A stretch of DNA of 64,000 nt from Isosphaeraceae bacterium. Its GTDB lineage: Bacteria; Planctomycetota; Planctomycetia; Isosphaerales; Isosphaeraceae. Each line of letters starts with the position of its first letter. Position 1 is the first letter of the stretch. This document shows, in pieces, positions 41,701 to 51,056 of this stretch. Below the pieces are notes generated by a model. It had not been told where the DNA came from and did no database searches. It was given only the letters and a program-made list of their open reading frames with translations. Location of the stretch: positions 62,001-126,000 of the forward strand of contig CBDAVP010000008.1 in the NCBI GenBank assembly GCA_965201075.1. Direction: 5' to 3'. Made by a program: the position numbers and the translations under genes.

Positions 41701-42235
41701 CCTCGGCCAACCCGATGCCTACAGGGCGACCTGCCAAGTCCTGCTGAACCGATATGGCTCCCGGGTCGAGCCTGGCATTGTCACCTCCGTCGCTCTGGCC
41801 TGCCTGGTCGGTCCCGCTCCTCCGGACGTCCTGGCACGCGCCGATGGGCTCGCCCGGCTCGCCTTCCAGGGCCTCACCGAAGACAATCAGGTTCGCGGTA
41901 TCGCCGCCCTGGCCGCCCTGCGGGCCGGCCGGGATCGTGAGGCCCTCGACCTTGCCGGCGTGGCCCTGGCCGACAATAAGTCTTCTCCCGAACGGGCCAG
42001 CCACGATGCCGTCTGCCTGCTCATCCAAGCCCTGGCCGAGTGTCAACTCGGCCACCGACAGACCTCGAAAATGCGACTCGACGAGGCCCTGAGTAAGGGA
42101 AAACTCGCCGACGCTTCCGTCGCCCCCTCCGGCTCACCACGAAACAACTGGATCGACCTCGCGATCGCCGATATCCTGCGGGCCGAACTCCTCACGAAAC
42201 TCGAGTCCATCGGCCCGGGTGACCCGTCCCCCTGA
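38780..42235 (+). CDS. Multidomain Ser/Thr kinase: kinase - TM - HEAT-like - FGE-sulfatase (SUMF1) - TPR-like
   Basis: LGRGGMGVVY, HRDLKPAN, DFGLAK, YMAPEQ; FGE-type EVTVAQF, YRIPSVPEWEYA, PNSWGFFDLAGNLWEFC, GFRV. Confidence 0.9.
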   Translation: MIDDPSEEAVKATVLHSSGDENSLPPTNLEPDATLQVTEVQNLHHEVSNPSIDKTQAETVGGPLGRTLAEAGPSPLPSLPGYEILGELGRGGMGVVYRGRNLRLNRPCALKMILAGDTADSSRTARFLAEAEAVARLQHPHVVEIRHLGEAGRLPFIELELLQGGSLDRRLDGSPWPARKAATLVEPLALAVAEAHRVGIVHRDLKPANILLTTEGVPKVADFGLAKCLDINNDADQSSTQAILGSPCYMAPEQAEGDGRPIGPPADVYALGVILYELLTGRPPFRGASVLETLDQVRSTQPVRPSRLVPGIPTDVETIVSRCLQKEPGRRYESAAALAEDLGRFLQGRAIHARRTSGFERTWLWCRRNPALAYLTAASLALLLALATGSTVAAWMMAEQNQALRDERRRADRAEEATRLELVEAALSAAPEGVPYILASLRRNPRTAILPLRRILDDPEESPTQKLRAAEVLTLLDHPQPAPLLDALDFAPDAEAGLLISAFANLGPPVQERLTARLTAPGIRPPFRARLAIILLELGDPSAAGRMLAAGPDPLDRYTFLHTFPLWHGDLHALPAILRAVIEPDVRSGLLSALGQIDPRPLEAATRDALTVELRVFAREGTDPATHSAAVYALRRWGIEPAATPEANRPIAMNRWFVNRGGLTMLSLPAGAYFLGRGESSPGQPTPFAPGSFLSDREVTVAQFLRFLDDPDADKPRNSPNLDRSRANASRPASGVSHEDAIHYCNWLSRRDGRGPAYARAADGARWEARPNSDGYRIPSVPEWEYAFLGGALTLYPTGQDAPYLPEFAVVARTGARDTASLPPNSWGFFDLAGNLWEFCDADPDRPASQSVFCGGAYDSGSADCRSARHIPQYPGLRGPFLGFRVICRDREGLDPGSDLLRLVDLVRRLEAWQRPSVETWAVRAAISNLTFARTAAQVGFGQWDKARDTLLEQDRAIHDDPRPLAFAAVIDLRLGQPDAYRATCQVLLNRYGSRVEPGIVTSVALACLVGPAPPDVLARADGLARLAFQGLTEDNQVRGIAALAALRAGRDREALDLAGVALADNKSSPERASHDAVCLLIQALAECQLGHRQTSKMRLDEALSKGKLADASVAPSGSPRNNWIDLAIADILRAELLTKLESIGPGDPSP

Positions 42236-42501
42236 AACATCCGTCGGCTCCGAGCCGCCCGTCAAGCCGATCCGAACCGTGGTGACCCTCCGTCGATTCC
42301 TCTTCTCTATGCCCCCTTTGCAAGGCGACGATCCTGGCGTTGCCGATTCGAGGCCCCAGGGCGGACCGAGAACCAACCGCCGACGGCGTGCCCGAATCCG
42401 ACGGGGAGGCGGGATGATTCAACCGAGAGCTCCAGGTCCCCCGGCCTCACCACCACGGCCTAACCCCCCGCGACCAGTCGGACCCGCTCACTGAGAATCC
42501 C

Positions 42502-43629
42502 TTGCGAATCACGCTCGTCACCGAAACTTACTTCCCCCAGGTCAACGGCGTCTCCCGGACCCTCGGCCAGCTCGTCCGGGTTCTGGAAGCCTCGGGAGAC
42601 ACCGTCCAGCTCATCCACCCCGACTACCGGGTCGAGGGCCTCACCCCTCCGCATCATCACCGAGTTCAAGCCATCAACCCGCCGTTCTACCGAGAACTTT
42701 ACCTGCCCCGCCCACCATTCCCCGCCGCCCGACGAGCCCTCGACGCCTTCGCTCCCGACCTGATCCATATCGCCACCGAAGCGTTCCTCGGCCTCGACAT
42801 CCTCCGCCACGCCGGACGCCGCAAGCTCCCGGTCGTCTCCAGCTTCCATACGAATTTCGACCAGTACACCCACCACTACGGGGTCGGCTGGTCCCGCCGC
42901 GTCATCTGGCGTTACCTCCGCTGGTTCCACAACCGAACCCGGGAAACCTACGTACCCTCCCTCGCCACGATCACTGAACTGCAAGGCCACGGCTTCGAGC
43001 GTCTGGTCCTCTGGCCCCGAGGAGTCGACGCCAGCCTCTTCCGCCCCGACCGCCCCAACCGCGAGTCCATCCGCCAATCCCTCGGTTTCGCCCCCAACGA
43101 CGTGGTCATCGGCCACGTCAGCCGCATCGCCGCCGAGAAGAACGTGACGTACCTGGCCGAAGCCCTCCGCCTCGTCATCCAGGCCCGCCCCGCCACGAAA
43201 CTGCTGATCGTGGGCGACGGCCCGGCCCGACCCGAACTCGAAGCCGCTCTCGGACAGGCGGCCCGGTTCGTCGGCTACCGATCCGGAACCGACCTGGCCG
43301 ACCACTACGCCGCGGCCGACGTCTTCGCCTTCGCCAGCCTCACCGAGACCTTCGGCAACGTCATCCTCGAAGCGATGGCCTCGGCCCTCCCGGTCGTCGC
43401 GGTCCGTGCCGGAGGCCCTGGCGACACCGTACGCCCCGACCAGACCGGCCTCCTCATCGAGCCCGGCGCCCCTCCGCAATCCTTCGCCGACGCGATCCTC
43501 GCCCTGACCAACGACTCAAGTCGCCGCCAACGCATGGCCAACGCCGCCCGAGACTACGCTCGCTCCCAAACCTGGGACGCCATCATGGGAGTACTCCGCG
43601 ACCACTACCAACGGGTGATCGACGGGTAA
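42502..43629 (+). CDS. GT4 glycosyltransferase (PimA/MgtA-like)
   Basis: TETYFPQVNGV, SFHT, RGVD, EKN, ETFGNVILEAMASALPVV. Confidence 0.92.
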   Translation: MRITLVTETYFPQVNGVSRTLGQLVRVLEASGDTVQLIHPDYRVEGLTPPHHHRVQAINPPFYRELYLPRPPFPAARRALDAFAPDLIHIATEAFLGLDILRHAGRRKLPVVSSFHTNFDQYTHHYGVGWSRRVIWRYLRWFHNRTRETYVPSLATITELQGHGFERLVLWPRGVDASLFRPDRPNRESIRQSLGFAPNDVVIGHVSRIAAEKNVTYLAEALRLVIQARPATKLLIVGDGPARPELEAALGQAARFVGYRSGTDLADHYAAADVFAFASLTETFGNVILEAMASALPVVAVRAGGPGDTVRPDQTGLLIEPGAPPQSFADAILALTNDSSRRQRMANAARDYARSQTWDAIMGVLRDHYQRVIDG

Positions 43630-43641
43630 CGCCTTTGCCCC

Positions 43642-45315
43642 TCACCTCGGTCGAAACGTCGGCAGCGGCACATTCTTCCGAATCCAGACCGGCCCCAGCC
43701 GCGGAACCCGTCGATACTGCTCGTTTAGCAACATCGCCAAGCCCGGAAACGGCGGATCGGCCACGAAGACCACCTCAGGGGGCCGGCTGCGCAGGTCCCG
43801 CAAGATCCGATCCAGCCTCGGCCGGATCAACGGGTCATCCGGGTGGGAAAGCGCTTCGGCCTGCATCAAGGGGTCAGCGAAACTAAACGGGGTCACGCCG
43901 TCCATCCCCGAGTGGACATACAAAGGGCTCGAAGTCCCCCAAACGAACAAACGGGCCCCCGGAACGCCCGCCATCAACCGCTTCAGTTCGCGGCCCAGCG
44001 CCCGTTGTCCTCCCCACTGACGACCCCCCTTGTAACGAGTGCCCAACTGGTCGGCGGGAACCCACAGGTAGTCGCGAACCTCGATCCCCGCCGTCCCTGC
44101 CAAAGCCGCCAGCACGCCCAAAAACCCTAGCCAACGCAAAAACCGCCAGCGCCCGCCGCGAACCAGATCCCCGCCCGCCACCCCCAGCGCGATCGCCAGT
44201 CCCGGCAGCGGCAGCAAGTAATAATGGGCCCAATATAACCCCGGAAGAGCCACCTGGGCCACCGCCGAGACCCCCCAGGCCGCGACCAGCCGCCGACGCT
44301 CGTCCCCCCGGCCCAACCCTAGCCAGGCCCAGCAAGGAACCCCCAACAACCAGAACGGCCAGATTCCCGACCCCCACCACCTCAGCCAATCCGTTTCCCC
44401 AAACGGCCAGGGCAAGGCTCCGGACCGAGGGTCGGTGTTTCCCACCAACAACCGGAACCAGCCCGGAGGCGAATGCGGAGGCGCCGGTGTCCTCGCGGCC
44501 ATCGCCGACCCATAAACCACCACCTGCTCATAGGCCGCTCGCCCCGCCCCCTGAACCACCAGCACCCCCATCGCCAGGGCCAAGGGCAAACCAAACCCCA
44601 GACCCAAGGCAACCATGTCCCCCCATCGGCGTGACCCCACCCCCCTCCTCAACAGCAATCCCCCCCCCGCCACCAACAGATGCGTCACCGCCACCTGCTT
44701 GAACAGGCAAGCCATTCCCAGAAAGATCCCCGCCCCCACAATCGCCCACCGCCCCCGGCGACTCCAATTCCACACCAGGATTGCCAGGGCCGTCGTCGCC
44801 AGTAGGTTGATCGGATGTTCCAGGTTTGACCCATTTCCATGAAGGTAAGGGTCCGTGCTCGCCAGGGCAAACCCCAGCGCCGCCAGTGTCGCCGCCAGCG
44901 GTCCCGCCAGCCGCAACGCGACCCCCCACACCCCCAACAACGTCCCCGCCACGATCGGCACCGCCAGCCAGCGGACCGTCGCCTCGTCGGCCCGGCCCAG
45001 TCGCACCGCCCCCGCGTACAGCCAGTAACCCCCCGGCGGCTTCGGCTCGGCCAGGTCCCGATACAACACCGCCCCTCCGACGATCCGCCGACCATAGTAG
45101 GCATAGATCGCCTCATCGCAGTCGATCGGCTCCCCCTCAGCGCTGGCGACCAGATAAGGGTCGAGCCCGCAAGCCCGTCGGACCTCCGGCGCGAACGTAT
45201 GCCCCCGCAACCAAACGTCAAGAGCGATCACCAACAGCAGCATCAACCAGGCCCAAACCGGCACGCGAGCGGCGGAGTCTGGTCCGGGCGAAAGGTCTTT
45301 GGCAGGATGAGGCAT
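43642..45315 (-). CDS. GT-C (GT39/ArnT-like) membrane glycosyltransferase
   Basis: DCDEAIY, LYRDLAEPKPP, KQ after a TM helix, HYY; about 10 TM helices. Confidence 0.8.
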   Translation of the reverse strand: MPHPAKDLSPGPDSAARVPVWAWLMLLLVIALDVWLRGHTFAPEVRRACGLDPYLVASAEGEPIDCDEAIYAYYGRRIVGGAVLYRDLAEPKPPGGYWLYAGAVRLGRADEATVRWLAVPIVAGTLLGVWGVALRLAGPLAATLAALGFALASTDPYLHGNGSNLEHPINLLATTALAILVWNWSRRGRWAIVGAGIFLGMACLFKQVAVTHLLVAGGGLLLRRGVGSRRWGDMVALGLGFGLPLALAMGVLVVQGAGRAAYEQVVVYGSAMAARTPAPPHSPPGWFRLLVGNTDPRSGALPWPFGETDWLRWWGSGIWPFWLLGVPCWAWLGLGRGDERRRLVAAWGVSAVAQVALPGLYWAHYYLLPLPGLAIALGVAGGDLVRGGRWRFLRWLGFLGVLAALAGTAGIEVRDYLWVPADQLGTRYKGGRQWGGQRALGRELKRLMAGVPGARLFVWGTSSPLYVHSGMDGVTPFSFADPLMQAEALSHPDDPLIRPRLDRILRDLRSRPPEVVFVADPPFPGLAMLLNEQYRRVPRLGPVWIRKNVPLPTFRPR

Positions 45316-45341
45316 CGGGAACCAGGCACACCTAATGGGTC

Positions 45342-46748
45342 GTGAACCGGGGGATGGCGATGGAGTCTATCCCGCCAGGCGACAAACCGCCTAGGGGGCA
45401 AGCCGAACCCAAGATCCCCACGCCCATACACCCCCTCCGGCCCTGGCTCCTCGCCCTAATCTTCTGGACCGCCCTGATTCCGCTCTCGGCCCGGCCCCGT
45501 GTCAGCGGCAACGTCTGGCCCCGCCTGATGACCGCCGAGTCCCTCGTCGAGCGCGGCACCTTCGCCATCGAGGGCTCGCCAATGCTGGGGCCCAGCGGCA
45601 CTCCCGACCTGGCCAAGATTCACGGACACACCTACGCCGACAAACCCCCGGTCCTCTCCATCCTCGTCGCCCTGGTTTACGCTCCCCTGCACCTTGGCCT
45701 CGGTTGGTCCTTCCTTGCCCCCGGCCGAGGGCTCCGCCAGTTCGTCCCGATCACCTGGGTCTTGACCAGCCTCCTCTCCGCCGGAGGCGCCGCCTGGGCC
45801 CTCGCTTCCACTCGAAGGCTTCTGCAACTCACAACCTTCCGCCCCCTGACCGCCGACGCCCTCACGCTGGCCCTTGGCTTCAGCACCCCGCTCTTGACCT
45901 ACGCCGTCACCCTCAACAACCACACAATCGCCGCCGGACTCATCACCGCCGCAATGGCCGCCATCGCCCTCGAAAATCCGCAATTTCCCAAGCAAGGCTG
46001 GGCCGGAGTTTGCGCCGGGCTGGCCGCGACCATCGACCTCCCCGCCGGAGGAGCCACCTTCGCGATCCTGGCCGGTTGGCTCATCCTCCGCAACCGCTCG
46101 ATTCCCTGGGCCTATGCCCTCGGAGGCGCCGGCCCCGCCCTCCTCCACATCGTCTCGCAGCTGTCGATGTCCGGCTCCCCGCTCCCCTTCGAGCTCGACC
46201 GGCGAGCGATGGAATACCCCGGGGCCTACTGGACCACCCCCGCCGGTCAGTTCCACGAATCCGGACCCCGATGGAGATTCGGCCTCGAACTCCTCCTCGG
46301 CCCTCAAGGCTGGTTGACGATCACCCCCATCCTCCTACTCACCCCGATCGGCCTGGCGAGGAACCTCCGCAATGGTTCTTGCGCCCCCCTCGCCCGAGCC
46401 ACCACCGCGTTGCTAGTCGTGCTCCTCACGTTCTACATCTGGGGAGTCGCCCGCACCGACTACGCGGGCCTCTCCTTCGGGGTCCGTCACCTCCTGGCCG
46501 TCACCCCCCTGGCCGCACTCTTCGCCGTCTCGGCGGTCGACGGGGCAAAAAACCGCACACTCGCCGCCGTCTTCCTCCTGCTTTTGGCCATCGGCGCCGC
46601 CTACGCCTGGGTTGGCATGCATGAGCCCTGGACGCGTGCCGATGGAACCCGAAACGCCAAGGGTCAGCGCATCCCCCGCCCCGAGCCCCTCCTCCAGGTT
46701 CTCCAGCAACTCGTCCCGTTCCCCCACACCAGCTACACCCGCTGGTAG
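45342..46748 (+). CDS. Polytopic membrane protein, GT-C-like
   Basis: SLVERGTFAI, YADKPP, TYA..LNNH, FGVRHLL; start uncertain. Confidence 0.65.
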   Translation: MNRGMAMESIPPGDKPPRGQAEPKIPTPIHPLRPWLLALIFWTALIPLSARPRVSGNVWPRLMTAESLVERGTFAIEGSPMLGPSGTPDLAKIHGHTYADKPPVLSILVALVYAPLHLGLGWSFLAPGRGLRQFVPITWVLTSLLSAGGAAWALASTRRLLQLTTFRPLTADALTLALGFSTPLLTYAVTLNNHTIAAGLITAAMAAIALENPQFPKQGWAGVCAGLAATIDLPAGGATFAILAGWLILRNRSIPWAYALGGAGPALLHIVSQLSMSGSPLPFELDRRAMEYPGAYWTTPAGQFHESGPRWRFGLELLLGPQGWLTITPILLLTPIGLARNLRNGSCAPLARATTALLVVLLTFYIWGVARTDYAGLSFGVRHLLAVTPLAALFAVSAVDGAKNRTLAAVFLLLLAIGAAYAWVGMHEPWTRADGTRNAKGQRIPRPEPLLQVLQQLVPFPHTSYTRW

Positions 46749-46878
46749 CGAACGAAACCCGGTCAATCCGCCTGGGCCTCATCGCCGAGAGTTGGCGACC
46801 CTCACCGAGTTCGGGTAAAACCACAAGAGGGGAATCCCGGCCAAATCGGCGACCCCGCCACCCTTTTGGAGGCGCACC

Positions 46879-47829
46879 ATGACTCCCCGAATCCTGCTGG
46901 CCGTCGCACTCGCGACCACAACCCTCGCCGTATCGCCGACGCTCGCCGACGAGTCCACTCCGGCGGGCATCCCCTGGGCCAAGACCTACGCCGACGCCCT
47001 CAAGCAGGCCCGCCAGGACAAGAAGCTGGTCATGGTCGACGTTTACACCGAGTGGTGTTCCTGGTGCAAGGTTCTCGACAAGGAGACCTACCCCGACGCC
47101 AAGGTTGTCAAGGCCGCCGAGCCCTTCGTCGGCGTCAAGCTCGACGCCGAGGCCAAGGGCGAGGGCGAAGCCTTCGCCGCCAAGTACAAGGTCCAGGCCT
47201 TCCCCACGATCCTCTTCCTCGACCCCGCCGGAGCCGACGACGACGCCAAGGTCGTCGCCACGGTGATGGGTTTCCTCCCGCCCGCCCCCTTCGCCGAGAA
47301 GCTCGGCACGATCCTCGCCGCCTACCGAGAGCTTCCTGTGATGGAGAAGCGGCTGGTCGAAAAGCCCGAAGACCTCGAAGCCCTGGGTAAGCTCGCCGCC
47401 ATCCGCTCGAGCCGCCAGGAAGATGACGCCGCCCACGAGCTACTCGACCGCGGCCTGAAGATCGATCCTGATAATGCCCAGGGCCAGCTTACCAAGGCTC
47501 TCAATGCCGTCGGGGACCGTTACCAGGAAACCCAGAAGTTCGATGAGGCGATCCCGCTTTTCCGCAAGGCCGCCAAGTCCGCCAAAACCCCCGACGATGC
47601 CTCCTACGCCCAGTCCAGCGTCGCGATGTGCTTCCTCTCGCAGGACAAACTCAAGGAAGCCATCCCCGAACTCGAAGCCGTTGACAAGATTCCCGGCGCC
47701 CCAGAGGAGACCAAGGAGCAAGCCAGCCTGATGCTCCGACGGATTCACGCCGCCATGGAAAAGGCCAAGACCGGTGACGAAAAGAAGACGGACGAACCCA
47801 AGGACAAGGAAAAGTCCGAGACCCGCTGA
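46879..47829 (+). CDS. Secreted thioredoxin-family protein with TPR repeats
   Basis: GGAGG RBS, signal peptide, YTEWCSWCK, cis-Pro FPT, TPR-like helices. Confidence 0.88.
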   Translation: MTPRILLAVALATTTLAVSPTLADESTPAGIPWAKTYADALKQARQDKKLVMVDVYTEWCSWCKVLDKETYPDAKVVKAAEPFVGVKLDAEAKGEGEAFAAKYKVQAFPTILFLDPAGADDDAKVVATVMGFLPPAPFAEKLGTILAAYRELPVMEKRLVEKPEDLEALGKLAAIRSSRQEDDAAHELLDRGLKIDPDNAQGQLTKALNAVGDRYQETQKFDEAIPLFRKAAKSAKTPDDASYAQSSVAMCFLSQDKLKEAIPELEAVDKIPGAPEETKEQASLMLRRIHAAMEKAKTGDEKKTDEPKDKEKSETR

Positions 47830-47992
47830 ACGACCACGTCCACACGGTTCAGGATTCAAAAGTCGGTCGGTCGTCGAACCCATCTGTTCTCCCGACGGGT
47901 TTCCCGAAGTTGCGGATCCAGACGGAACCCTCGCCCGACGACCGACCGACCCTCGACGAGCCAACGCCAACGTCAACGAGGCCCGACCCGAG

Positions 47993-49243
47993 ATGCCCGT
48001 AATCCTGGTCGGGACGTTGGATACCAAAGGAGAGGAGGTCGCCTTCGTCCGCGATCTCCTCAGCGCCTCGGGCCTGACGGTCCGGGTGGTTGACGCTGGC
48101 TCGTCCGGCCCGCCGTCCTTCGCCCCTGACGTCCCCCGAGAAGTTGTCTTCCGCCGCGCCGGCACCACCTTCGAGGCCATCAACGCCCAGGGCGACCGAG
48201 GACACGCCGTCGCCCTTGCCGCCGAAGGGGTCACCGGCCTCGTCGCCGACTGGGACGCCCTTGGCCACGTGGACGGCATCTTCGGCCTGGGAGGTTCGGC
48301 CGGAACCACCATCGCCACCGCCGCGATGCGCATTCTTCCTTTCGGCCGCCCCAAGCTCCTCGTCAGCACCCTGGCCAGTGGCCAGATGCGTCCCTACGTC
48401 GGCGGCAGCGACATCACCACGGTCCACCCCGTCGCCGACCTCGCCGGCCTGAACCGCCTCACCCGCACCGCCCTGGCCAACGCCGCCGCCGCCTTCGCGG
48501 GAATGGTCCACGGCCAGTCCACCCCCTCTCGAAGCGAACCCGCGGAAGCCCGTCCCCTCGTCGGCGCCAGCATGTTCGGGGTGACGACCCCCTGCGTCGA
48601 CCGAGCCCGCCGCCTGCTGGAAGTCGCCGGCAAGGAGGTCATCGTCTTTCACGCCACGGGCGTCGGCGGCCAATCCCTCGAAGGCCTCACCCGAGACGGA
48701 GCCTTCGCCGGCCTCCTCGACCTGACCACCACCGAACTCGCCGACGAGCGGGTCGGAGGAACCCTCTCCGCCGGCCCCGACCGGCTCGGAGCCGCCGCCC
48801 GAGCCGGCATCCCCCAGGTCGTCAGCGTCGGAGCCCTCGACATGGTGAACTTCGGCCCCCCGTCCACCATCCCACCGCGATTCGCCAACCGCCTCTTCCA
48901 CGGCCACAACCCCAACGTCACTTTGATGAGGACCACTCCCGAGGAAAACCGCGACCTCGGCGAACACCTCGCCCGCATGGTCCGCCAATCCCAGGGGCCA
49001 ACGGTCGTCCTCCTGCCCCTCCAGGGAGTGTCCGCCCTCGACGCTCCCAACCAACCGTTCCACGACCCGCAAGCCGACGCCGCCCTCTTCGCGGCGATCC
49101 GCCACGGCCTCGCAGGCGCCCCCTCGCACATCCGCCTCATCGAACGAGACGAGCACATCAACGACCCCCGCTTCGCCACCGCCGCCGCGTCGCTGCTCCT
49201 CGAAATCCTGGCCGGCCAACCGACCTTCGCCCCTCGCCGCTGA
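47993..49243 (+). CDS. Tm-1-like ATP-binding protein (UPF0261)
   Basis: GTLDTKGEE, GGSAGT, SMFGVTTPCV, FHATGVGG, DLTTTE, DMVNFG, TLMRT; start ATG 47993. Confidence 0.9.
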   Translation: MPVILVGTLDTKGEEVAFVRDLLSASGLTVRVVDAGSSGPPSFAPDVPREVVFRRAGTTFEAINAQGDRGHAVALAAEGVTGLVADWDALGHVDGIFGLGGSAGTTIATAAMRILPFGRPKLLVSTLASGQMRPYVGGSDITTVHPVADLAGLNRLTRTALANAAAAFAGMVHGQSTPSRSEPAEARPLVGASMFGVTTPCVDRARRLLEVAGKEVIVFHATGVGGQSLEGLTRDGAFAGLLDLTTTELADERVGGTLSAGPDRLGAAARAGIPQVVSVGALDMVNFGPPSTIPPRFANRLFHGHNPNVTLMRTTPEENRDLGEHLARMVRQSQGPTVVLLPLQGVSALDAPNQPFHDPQADAALFAAIRHGLAGAPSHIRLIERDEHINDPRFATAAASLLLEILAGQPTFAPRR

Positions 49244-49291
49244 ACCCAATTCCGTATCCGGCCGACTCCGCCGAGTGAGCCTCCTCCCACG

Positions 49292-49699
49292 CTACGGCTC
49301 GACCCTCGTGGCAATCCACCAGGTCGTCCCAGCCGGATCTCGCACGCCCCCGCGACGGTCCTCATCCCCCTGCTGGATCGGCTCCTGGACCGACACCGCC
49401 CCCGCTTCCAGGGCCAGGGCATGGGTCGCGTCCACATCCTCGACATAAACATGGACGTGAGACGGCATCGGCGGCCAGCCCTCGCCGCCCTCCCCAAGCA
49501 TCACCACCGAGTCGCCGATCCGAACCTCCGCATGGACCACTCTCCCCCCTGGTTCCACGATCCGCCGAAGCTCGACCGCGTCGAACACCCTCACCAGAAA
49601 TTCGATCGTGCGGGCCGCCCCATCGACGATCGGGTAGGGCGAAACTCGGGGATATCCCTCAGGTTTGAACGGGACACGCACTGGCAACTCCTTGCCCAT
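49292..49699 (-). CDS. VOC/PhnB-family glyoxalase-like protein
   Basis: PEGY..VSPY, HAEVRIGDSVVML, YVEDVDA, DPAG..WWIAT. Confidence 0.88.
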   Translation of the reverse strand: MGKELPVRVPFKPEGYPRVSPYPIVDGAARTIEFLVRVFDAVELRRIVEPGGRVVHAEVRIGDSVVMLGEGGEGWPPMPSHVHVYVEDVDATHALALEAGAVSVQEPIQQGDEDRRGGVRDPAGTTWWIATRVEP

Positions 49700-49743
49700 C
49701 GACCACTCTTCTGGAAGACCACCAACAGGTTATCCGGGCACGA

Positions 49744-50892
49744 TCAAAGCGACGGCCCCAAACTCAACAAGGAAACCTCCGGAGGGCACCAGAATCGAAT
49801 CCTCGGAGCCTGGCCTCGCTCGCACCCCACCCCCCGGCTGACATAGATCGGATTCCCGTTCAGCTTGTGCAACCCCCCGGCCGCCACGACCCGAGGCACC
49901 TTGGAGAGCGTCATCGGAGGCCCGAACCCGGGAATGACCACCTGTCCCCCATGAGTATGCCCCGCCACGACCAGGTCGACTCTCGACCCCGATTTCAGCA
50001 ACAACGCCACGTCCGGCCGGTGCCCCAGCAAGATCCGAATCTCCCCCGCGTCCCCACCCGCGTCTTCCAGCTCCCGAACAACTTCCCGAGCCGCCCCACT
50101 GTCGTAATGCAGCTCGACGCCACCAATCGCCAGCCGACGCCCCCCCACCTCCACCCTCGCCACGCGGTTGACCAGCGTCTGCATCCGGGTCCCCTCCGCC
50201 AGCCGCTCCACCCGATCCCCCGGGTCGACATCTCCCGGAACCAAAAAGACGCCTCCAGGAGCCTCCAGGACTCGCAAGGCCTCTCGAAGCGCCGGGAGTT
50301 CCCGCTCGAAGTCCGACTCGCTCCCCTGAAACACGTCCCCCGGCATCAGGATGAGGTCCGGCTTCCCCGCCATCAACCGGGCGATCGCCCCCCGCTCATA
50401 GTCTTCCACCCCCTCGGTTTGGAAATCGGTCAGAACCCCGACCGTGATCGTCCCCCGACCCGCCCGTTCCGCCGCCAAAGGGACCCGAGCCGTCTCCACT
50501 CGCAGCCGGAACGGCTCCACCTGATTCGCATAAACCCCCACTCCCCCCGCCAACAGACCCAGGCACGCCAACCCGCAAGCCAACAGCGAGGCCCGACCGC
50601 GAGCCCCCATCACCAGCACGGCCAGCGACGCCAGTGGGATCAGAAACACCCCATCGACAAACGCCAGTCGCATCAGTCCAAACGCCCCTACGCCCGCCCC
50701 CGCCAAAAACGGCAACTTGAACCCAAAACTCATCCCAGCCAGAACCGCGGCCATCAGCACCCGCCCAGCCCCAACCCGCCGAGAGCCTTGCGTTTTCGCC
50801 GTCCCCCACCCTCCCAATAAACCCCAGGCCCCCGCGACCCCATCGACCAGTGTGCAAGCCGTCACGACCCACGGGAAGGTCCCCGCCAACAT
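49744..50892 (-). CDS. Membrane-anchored metallophosphoesterase (YkuE-like)
   Basis: N-terminal TM helices; TDFQ, PGD, PGDVD, HRPD, AGHTHGGQ, YVSRG, PPE; start ATG 50892. Confidence 0.85.
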   Translation of the reverse strand: MLAGTFPWVVTACTLVDGVAGAWGLLGGWGTAKTQGSRRVGAGRVLMAAVLAGMSFGFKLPFLAGAGVGAFGLMRLAFVDGVFLIPLASLAVLVMGARGRASLLACGLACLGLLAGGVGVYANQVEPFRLRVETARVPLAAERAGRGTITVGVLTDFQTEGVEDYERGAIARLMAGKPDLILMPGDVFQGSESDFERELPALREALRVLEAPGGVFLVPGDVDPGDRVERLAEGTRMQTLVNRVARVEVGGRRLAIGGVELHYDSGAAREVVRELEDAGGDAGEIRILLGHRPDVALLLKSGSRVDLVVAGHTHGGQVVIPGFGPPMTLSKVPRVVAAGGLHKLNGNPIYVSRGVGCERGQAPRIRFWCPPEVSLLSLGPSL

Positions 50893-51056
50893 CCCCACCC
50901 CCACAATCGCCGAGACGCAAACCAATTACCGGCTCACCGACGACCGGGAGCCCGAGCCTCATCCTACCCCGCGGGCAACTCCTGACGACACCCGCCACCG
51001 GGACACCCTCCGCGACCAAACGGACGGCTCTCCCGGTTGCGGCCCGACCCTCCGAA

